A stretch of DNA of 64,000 nucleotides from a virus. Location of the stretch: IMG/VR virus record IMGVR_UViG_3300020370_000003, positions 1-64,000 of that record, one strand, 5' to 3'. Each line of letters starts with the position of its first letter. The stretch's first letter is position 1. Positions 63,601 to 64,000 of the stretch are shown here, in pieces. Position numbers and translations under genes: made by a program. Under the pieces are notes generated by a model. The model was given only the letters and a program-made list of their open reading frames with translations, was not told the DNA's origin and did no database searches.

Positions 63601-64000
63601 TAGATAAATTATCAATTGCAACAATATTACTTTCAACAAAACCACTCAAATATGTAATGAAAGTTAAATCTGCTCCATCAGCATCGAGTTTTGTTCTAGG
63701 AGCAGTTGTGAAGATTATATCAGTACCTTCTACAGTATAATCTATATTAGGAATTAGAATCTCACCATAAGACTGTACAATCAAATGTTGTGCAGAAGGT
63801 GGAGCTACGGGATTATTTTGAGAAGTTAACGGGAATTTTTGAGTAGTTCCATCAAACAATGCCAATGGACTTGCAAGACCCAACCACTTTAATTTAACCT
63901 GTTCGTATGAAATACCTGGACTTAAAGCAATATTAGGAGCATGACTTACAGATTCATAGTAAATTACTTCATCACCAATCAGAATAGATCCATCGTTCTC
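39641..64000 (-). CDS. g7: Giant baseplate wedge protein (gp7-like), 5'-truncated by the window; >8,119 aa
   Basis: The frame stays open from 63883 to 64000 (ENDGSILIGDEVIYY...). IKDFYASKGT...LFKLLYGE and QDSYYYQDFSY...VHPASFKVFGE wedge motifs; position upstream of g8. Includes YHYH-like, propeller-like, two LamG-like, helical and Cys/His repeat domains. Confidence 0.85.
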   Translation of the reverse strand, partial: ENDGSILIGDEVIYYESVSHAPNIALSPGISYEQVKLKWLGLASPLALFDGTTQKFPLTSQNNPVAPPSAQHLIVQSYGEILIPNIDYTVEGTDIIFTTAPRTKLDADGADLTFITYLSGFVESNIVAIDNLSNSFGEGNRQFTITRDGALYEPVIDEYVLAIYDNELLIPKVDFFIDGNQFIFKDAPLNGRFLSLYSVEAPIPSFGAGAIGYARIDDAGTLTGISTNTNGSNYRFEYPPKVSIKSENGSGAAATALVNGIKSVSLLDGGYGYSDTNPPLVDVQSPTKPGSTTASIRATVTNGAVSGLEVLNSGSGYTFTPRLSFRQPGGGKIDPPTISNGSISGGITVTNGGIGYTTVPDIYIDEPTEVDGIRASLRAVLTDGRITSVQILNAGQGYVGTPRVAVVDPTGAQILQTKVDGDGRVTDIELLNGGSGYQDVPSVYIVDERVDQLGNYAGGTGATAVASIFNGQIIDINITNFGSGYSATEPPTIFIQEPPSSEASATVGLNEVTGFTVNQNGTGYSKAKFEGCARAASGIKEYSEDGNAVFSDVTVASTAVTDTPVKCLDALFIKRLLDKYTEQFLPDVPSLDYSQIDVRTAIKTIKDFYASKGTSYSIAYLFKLLYGETVSISYPKDQIIKPSDATWSIDTILRATLVSGDSNNIKDALLIQDRDIADDNVQAASALVENFISIKTSELTIYELVLSEETINGTFTVPYKTKLAEPLNFTDGIITVDSTIGWPERNGEFLIGTGTGSELVQYKEKSLNQFIECTRSVNNVVEDWDSATEVTSNFRVYLNKGTAQEVVMNIVGIVDAQQTTLTDTGSYYLPGDKLTVSKLGGTGVGPDLTTWLYNVKKLIDVDTVTYGGVNNQSATITCTNPHGLLVGDQVTIYGANPIIYNGTFLVTSRDSDLIFQYNLPQPATVIPQGNILVSVDLNKGKSVNSAVNNAVSPYTTNIQNSFFNDNYVYVASTGIPNYEIGPFPGSALLPGNQRKLNRFPKVPTTISTKNAISSGPIGTWVNGVSIWSYKSTEAKTFGAVTDVSITNSGSGYDAASPPAITMTGGGGEGATASVVVNGSLSEITVTNGGSGYTSSPLVSIVGGGGSGAAATAIITKGSVSRILINSGGSGYISQPLITIVGGGGNGAAGTASVRGPIQSIGITNGGVQYTSSPTVTLSSGKGAVAQAIVNDGRIISIAIISAGSGYTTAPEVSVQGVGFGAIARATIDTDGENAGRVTNIEIVNKGINYIQGSTIINLTSVGQNATFTANVFQWNYNLQATSQFDTAKGSVFTGYNNEYGGEYAHLSNPQKMRYILGDNLYEEIGTGNILEQEEQLSHSPIIGWAFDGNPIYGPYGYVDPTDQSSATVRLRTSYKLKDELIYDDTINPTPNRTAGPLLTEEPAGNFVEDYEYSFGLGDLDQYNGRFCKTPDFPNGAYAYFVTIDATDAGSPLFPYVIGPSFNSVVDEWNLSANAIQQNIPTGVVRYRDPYENVDIDVERVPNASTAALTTEDGEILLFEVEDENRDGIIGPEETADPDQMFEESPLQLFDYFPKVKFDSKVDIEVETTTKFEDASVTGFTVENTGKNYQVDDRLIFDNTDTDGAGVSARISKIKGEAVAAYDFENISGANYGVLQTADPHNLIAGDVVYIDYTPIMQNTNKTFVVRQYKGIEEIVIDQRGSGYNTDIPPTITIDGDGTSGKLEAVVSTVGAIDQVNILNSGSGYTSNPRVILSHPQVFKKADYYLSKIGNQNYVKINDTYVSDNKEIFICGKTKDAVGNSVGFVAKLSATGVKEWENTLESTDGQYYTEFQKLYVDGLDVWVVGNNKPNSNLLNAYNPDVILAKYTQTENGLSAGLQFQKGYAGISGATRADYVTSIQKWSDTRFIIGGYTNTNSSNPYDAFLASIDSTGNFAIKRKLVSTSKSEKIVDMKVITTTSGATELYFLMEVGLNQSTTDVNLAFGKATLTTSAINIDFIKEYSTSVYSLVDGSLVFDEFNECYISCSLRFKSDPTQKDSFWVCKVSRTGDIIWNYRYVAPGRDITMADRSSIDIFGDLNVAFSRDNTTTGVKTVDSVKIGYNGIIKNHTTNEFNKNRIEGITVHSVNTDNSGDVYLSGQTQWNRNEFIFDFAANEQTDLTSNYTLTSVGASNAITYDDNMAKIYGYQPAGSSSTWENSYLKVAGSDLGTTLANDWTLEFFIYKSGSQSQTLSQNVQTIMGIGGARDATGGLWLGYDNSSGELQMVITNQTTQLINGSGQSSTQTTMYADNSWQTIAVRKEGNVFKAFVNGIEVITGTLSNTSFATKDLYFGNQVGFGAGATDFSQNYQGQFFIDNIRLRNRAVTVTVPSDISSLPPVASFALGFAWTDTAWFTNNLTKYDYIDHNGWNLKVDKNADSTRLGDKGVQTNTQLGFVRTSVTPVTGSSMTIGEADFALGDAGLQTLDFDDATITMTPGTETLTYTNDIWSSRTATVPSPGSQKLQVSAVVKDRYFFKVTNTVKIDNIQELTINQPFIFTTGSKLRLNNLSNGNFINSGYIIKSDIPNRKIYVAVQNNPWTNDLNTGILVSEQFNEQDTYGIVGPIPNDVNEMKAYTFAQVNNTTPGTFDIDMSTYDAPANIGGTNNLDDFARFKPFNVGDYSVRIDEIGGSSSFIVGSVVSLTSSDISFNANYNTCEITNLIGVTKITLISNLERILQITAVANSDEVYVITGTSHYLSEGEIVYVDGNPSQTDGGLVYDEYDGAFAVDTVVSPLEFTYKLPQTAITAPATNAASVGIFVKSPTLKMYYGHQYIFDLAHSTLVGGNLSFAKDNLYKLEYSFNSIERIGTPGLTGQGEPNPSVKLKVDSDIVTNISYYFDPSRTGADSPVISDSYLDVTDSPYTGTFTISSTSGQTITRGADVFKFPLLNEPEGIGDISRTSYTTSSLKAVGSIGDIRIINPGGFYTKLPIVTGIASTRKIERVQIIEPGTEYAVGTYNGVPIAGDGEGGFVQITVADGQDDEGITIPGQIQEVLVTSPGKGYTSATIDVEGVSGILGAGLTGSGADLSVVIPPFGTEASIFTKGDKVGKIKKLKNNNFGYDYPHDYTLRPEITFPLNAQLTSTSILESITVTNPGSGYSLAPTVVITGGGGSGATAEATIKNGRLDIVEVKDPGAGYSSTPSVSLRSSFNYVVNLDLGLLQFAYPHGITNGAEISVAVTDTGDGADYPLAAGATGRLNPNTTYYAISGSANSLEDDQLKIAITPQNAELGDALSFVNAGDGRQSILTESFGGAATANVITSTFLEGELVYQGDSLETSTAQGYVSTNSGWQIGPRILKIVNYDGVFSEGEQITGVISKSSGTISDLKFARGVLDIGSITKTTGQFIDDVGKPSEIIQKIQDSYYYQDFSYAVKSAVSISEWKEILIRNVHPASFKVFGELNLNEYGEIPNKDTFFELTKSVELAQEAIVPNIQNFALVDPIYTEFNNTEVLFRQKRLTSSENILTSVVQRVDDISDQFDGIKTSFPLTVNGGTVVANANQLMVVLNGVVQNPETAFTIQQDSIVFNEPPRPPASVKYASVTIDAIQGYEMTFNNPSGIYPGLGNEIKGSSTDARFTVLKVVGNVVTGYITDGSFILGELCNVVATGFAGNLASITPVGSIGLFTFGENITNLEGNTAKVEAVNLETGQEMPIAKLRYSIGPSTTVFEVIDPTASTDQPVPVGTFVANVNYQVGSEIFTLVGTVDNAESTSLTVVRNVLGTTAANQQDNTPLYSTKIEVTDQLTLSKTAGTYTSTPGLFDIQLNDVIYGAQSGVIARITSTSAYQDPITQEFIGQVDISPGSSFFGLLFNRITSQTYPNVVLDDIASSAVSIVDATDNLTPYNGNFPANEQINNYIVPFNNLTGTLQLNENIRNYKIEYGNNTNEFVTGETGKVRKMSFYDREGTGFFSSGQVIRSRDTKAEVIGYNQARNTVYLGKIGRTKSNGEDYFDFTFAGSAQIDTAQKKYGAASLQLTAGTTDYIWCQTTNEIAFSSGDFTFEFYIRPDSSSLSGTIDVFDTRVSSANEVALRVYLESGQVRWNVNNADLVTSVGTSLTADTWAHVAYTRTGTSGKMYIDGVEVGTGTDNTTYTAKPLFIGVGYAFGTGFIGHIDEVRISNTVRYAAAFTPLAGIFQGDSATKMLLHFDGKDGQQWVQDWSGSESFTKGEYFNNDAIISTVRYVGDHTFVAGTSNAALTFNDGTIKDVTDATYNGETGVLVLTIGSHSFTTSNTVTIGTDKLPFTCDKDNHTTEHRYPRPTDPAHGVALTIDSVTGTTITVNVGRAVSRGFVGNTNRYYNAATLIESNLDFIAQEAVYLLEQKFPDFTVINGSVNCQDDVKDICKSIASDLRNGSNEKIWTAASYYVDREDINNVKLLNVENEIVETVWTYGKLNQILRYIITNDAWDVQGHHGHKQKFDTSITESSGNAASKFTPSGAEYNAATGELKILKASHGLFSETSLSINGGGYNPVTGMLTCTTGSAHNLTAGSKLQIEDESLTFTCTMDQNRSEHKYPRASDHASQGWLDVVVVDSTTFQVDVGKTPDVIFNPTAATYSGSTGLLKMTIGEHRLRAGTNIKVATGSLPFRCTMDGLQSVKKYPRANDFIYQDSVPILYEGTTHTANGASYTPETGLLTITVFSHGFAHGDKVRIADDSLTFECLLDNNITQHRYPRSTDPTSGRLHKIVNVTTNTFDVNVGISTDLSLHTFKSADPNGIIHKDNTITLDVGKTHNIAYDVSSANYTPVTGALVITTSAPGSPGLGGNMNLMVGDSIRLRDGAFLFACNMDGQATDHAYPRLTDPARGTAVEVTNISEINRTATDASYNPLTGMMTVTCGALLSPPSTRNCTGAAYDPATGMLTITSSGHQVYNGNLVRLNDGAFIFRCGLDDETTDHFYPRSGDPARDEWLPAQNRTDNTFDLFIGKSQDLSEHTCVGVTTNPCMKVAGELVRFEEGAITFSCTKDGNATNHAYPRKTDPVFRRGWSVVEASTNTTFDVFVGRTIFGAYTHSFVSGLADGIRQNNNAFTVNVGKSKFSAYTPSAAVYVPETGIMDLTIGNHWIKDSTTHTATDVNYIASTGVMTLTIPNHGFMIGDKVKVADNAISLTCSLDQHGSEHTYPRSTDPKSGEWMLISNVTDNTFDVNVGTSPQLDFDVSNASYDPVSGDLVLTIGTHSLSVGTSIRLKDNSITFVCDYGGDGFSTQKSYPRSYGANTSDNQDYAYNTSLNITAKDATTITVNVNEAPDTAISHAGTHNYHSSLSGAVITGGDYTHTFVSCVQNGITRAGDSVYIEQDSLTFRCDLDGQTTDKTYPRASGSNAPGGADYAYNTATYVQDVKTTTHTPTDAAYNPTTGMMTITMDGHGLTAPTTKTAESGTSFNPATGELFVTSANHGFVTGDMVKIANNSLVFTCAEDGNSTNHSYPRPSDFASGRFFPILRTSANDFSMTVGSAFGDQPISNNTTHVWVSAVANGLIKANDKVRLDENAVTFTCAKDDDATNHSYPRRTDPSYFEWLPLDNVLTNTFDVFIGKSSDTSTHTFVNFVANSMQRPTGVITVDVGISSNTSTHVFQSASADAIKCGGQYTHVWKGGLTVDKAFTVGGDYTHEFVTGGEKFTITTAAFTPGTGLMTVTVPNHGFENGDMVKFDDGSITFRCLQDNYQTDHTYPRSSDPASDTYLEVSSVTKDTFVVNVGTSSNTTTHQFQSAVTNGLTRAVIRTGGAYTHTLTGAKGGCFKKKGRAIAIDDHGLTMTCEYDDRASNHTYPRTTDPSSKQVLPITKFDTNSFTVNVGPTSFNKNYKPYNPDTATYDTSNGNLQINLLAHDITTDDFVIIEDESIRFTCTMDNNQSIKSYPRPGHDVRTSGKELPVIATDATSITVNVGTPGTNQTFTPSAATYDASTGDMTLTIGQHGMRKGSSIVIQNNTLQFTCDMDGNTATKTYPRATDPYGAEKSIPVTDVYYSSGTASNAAFVPSTGVMTITLTAHGLNNGDYIQLVDESLTFRCNLDGYTSDHKYPRATDPSSGRWLAISNKTNDTFDVNVGISSDTSTHAFLSAATNGVRAQNGMIKVNVGKSPIKGYNPSLAAGSTTAYDPTTGMLTIDIGAHELEVGDGIKIAKQSFGFICAQDGGNTIHYYPRTSDWGYNKSHPITATTSTSVTVNISNGAISNTTEHAFYTVYDKYTPTGITYSGWTGIMTVTTNVVHNMDAGEYIKFDDNSLTFTCTKDGNATEHRYPRATDPASGKWLKVLSTGLTSYTFQVQVLDISPSTNVTTHTFVAGKTYATNCIKRAAVVTGGDYAHTFTGNASSNNVSYQPASAHTFSSADPGAVKKLLTKHSFVSAETNCVTVMDYSVGDCVDVQATVENLIDIVTDTLEDANNPSPIDHLGSVSKLSSDPNNEFLGGRVYAYLEETFPVSLHNSTDDIIYANQIGSNGKYRFQDAADLVEANAGPIVDKASYDMLTLYPDLVLDMPRNADGSGNGTLQCKTDLALILTEFIKDLRQGGNFNTVNVARRYLGANDVILHIRLQLFQSAYAHLRLAHYMKQAITGNLTYDNTDKIIVGDWGITQSTSSTFTASSATYDPATGILVATIGTHSLEVGRYVNVANASLTFSCAGGTGTHTFVSGVTDAITADSGGPFTAATGTTYNPSNGNLELEIGSHSLTTSNTISIADFGITFTCDADNHSSNHPYPRPTDPASTNTSDMNNGVLAISAVTGTTITVNVSAVTSSQAAYPRSTDPASGSNLEILAADATTITLNVGATTNVQAHTFVSAVAAGIVSPGDCADVKEAIDSLVETANDIIAPTNNDFAISADRLYFNRKSIADEITTLVSNEFQFQLAEGGPYYNAFLYPEPGGVQTCQRDLSLIMLGIISDLQTGGNNSTIAAMENYLSTTMQINFIEDELLATTYAIEQMKWLGEHAILNRLYTKDSNEVPPAYNFNYTTIEAYRDGLTPVDMSPVVTRFKELVDIALNILAPGKLAMRGAAKNLLYNQSYYKEEITTLVAQQFGSSVWLYDDWLNTIVTNLVHDLITTDITDTVVAHNIEIENVTGAFEVGEMIFSQRAGGGSAVVLEYKSEGSFLVVGKWYGSPWEANDRLEGTRSGVVANVKVGGVGYPYTWFNKPANVRTIAFAKNIQSNIQGQVSAPNLFSNPEQIRFNWLPGYIVISDDFAQAPDGTQTAEKLIAYQSNGYHYTSRNYSLTSYDTWDDGTIKFDDTNNSFDEGGAATDDDNQQYTFSVFFKGDEFNKVRFGLVMDAGTVGQQDVFFDLDLATGTAGTLFQPQGGISGDAYGSVPYGNGWYRAYITTTISFGFSELRAQFLMYDTTNSLSYLGDGASGMFMWGAKLSVGTIDPYTSQLGEIFYADTEYNVKTYALSALETYASQAISDTLTSPSPAASYIKYFDANSSAYYNDKSVTRCIRSNLDILKGQLGLDTFYTNITVNNGISMPTYTYGTREVPIGLGGGLNDSDYLYGFNSGAYAELETMTVNEGEIVNIYQRLRFDAEITDGPFWIGETIRKVSDNAVNGTVHGLWEDENYRYVDVIMSAGTFAALDIVESDRAQLPPTGQISVITDRLQIIDLKGTFEASVPFKAYTSGATATPTEFIRTEAAVLDNTGGTLTVDTETLLGSFETTSVVYPEVSRQYIEVNKFDGFDISVGDRIASAGYTRLGITVISGLNEFTVGSRLYKVVGGIQDFDNYAIISEVDLDNNFLYVADFQGTPLTNGDLVGDYGVGNNFPVGYASVTTRVVTPGAGSALIQDIRDSGTLKRVYLSNIKGTFVTKDAIISADDYKAIVVNKVPLLARVKRAFKGFDGVQTTFKLSTGNGTQYLPDPAGHLLIFVNGILQPPGASSAYTAFSDSIQFTEPPDLGASFTGFYVGKLRQLDDISFEFDSLRQSFNLKRNDVFYSLTLTDGVQSTTIRPENNIIVSLNGVIQEPGVGFELVGSRIIFSEIPRVGSTFVGFSYVGSEADVDAAEVIPPIEPGDFIDIQGETSDREVAVIESSNSLITFDYLGSVFGQNAQAQANLTSGFINSVQVTSGGSGYTSRPNVRVDSISGFEGDINALVGVGGVVINNQGTGYQNPNIEVETSVPDDWTAPDLSQYGEELVDPETP
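43650..51420 (-). repeat. Array of 21 ~100-aa Cys/His beta-repeat units within gp7
   Basis: Consensus Y.P.TG.[LM].[LI]T.G.H.[LF]..G..[VI].I.D.S[LI]TF.C..D.....[HK].YPR..DP...L.[IV]...T..TF.VNVG.S....HTF; 21 YPR motifs counted by eye. Confidence 0.9.
51540..52080 (-). other. LamG/concanavalin A-like lectin domain in gp7 (second copy ~56990-57500)
   Basis: GDFTFEFYI...WAHVAYTR...MYIDG...FIGHIDEVRISNTVRY; second copy DWTLEFFIY...WQTIAVRK...FVNG...FIDNIRL. Confidence 0.75.

Noticed and set aside
1-64000. tRNA, rRNA or structured ncRNA genes
   Set aside because: Intergenic gaps are short (mostly under 130 nt) and are explained by promoters and terminators; no cloverleaf seen by eye. A covariance-model scan was not possible.

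Overview
This window is the virion-morphogenesis region of an AT-rich T4-like marine cyanomyovirus (Kyanoviridae-type; a Prochlorococcus/Synechococcus host is inferred). All credible genes lie on the minus strand. In transcription order (high to low coordinates): a giant gp7-like baseplate wedge protein (>8,119 aa, open past the window edge), a gp9/gp10-like connector, a 1,384-aa YHYH-type structural protein, gp8, a VrlC/DUF4815 protein, two small ORFs, a 2,197-aa fibre, g13-g14-g15-g16, a variable island (small His-rich and membrane ORFs, SAM methyltransferase, SNase-like nuclease), g17-g18-g19-g20-core-g21-g22-g23, a small island with a host-like DUF2997/Ycf35 pair, and g3. T4-type late promoters ((T/A/C)ATAAATA, CTAAATA), sigma70-type promoters and three intrinsic terminators are visible. 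The most notable observation, from by-eye motif comparison only, is that the giant baseplate protein contains three or four helical domains that follow the phycobiliprotein (phycocyanin/phycoerythrin globin-like) pattern. They include cysteines at the positions of both bilin-attachment sites (Cys82/84-type C-x-R/T/D-D and beta-Cys153/155-type GDC). A recursively nested array of 21 Cys/His beta-repeats lies mostly inside these domains. The next two baseplate genes each carry an intact type-1 (blue) copper cupredoxin motif. Together these suggest, as an untested hypothesis, a pigment- and metal-bearing virion baseplate.
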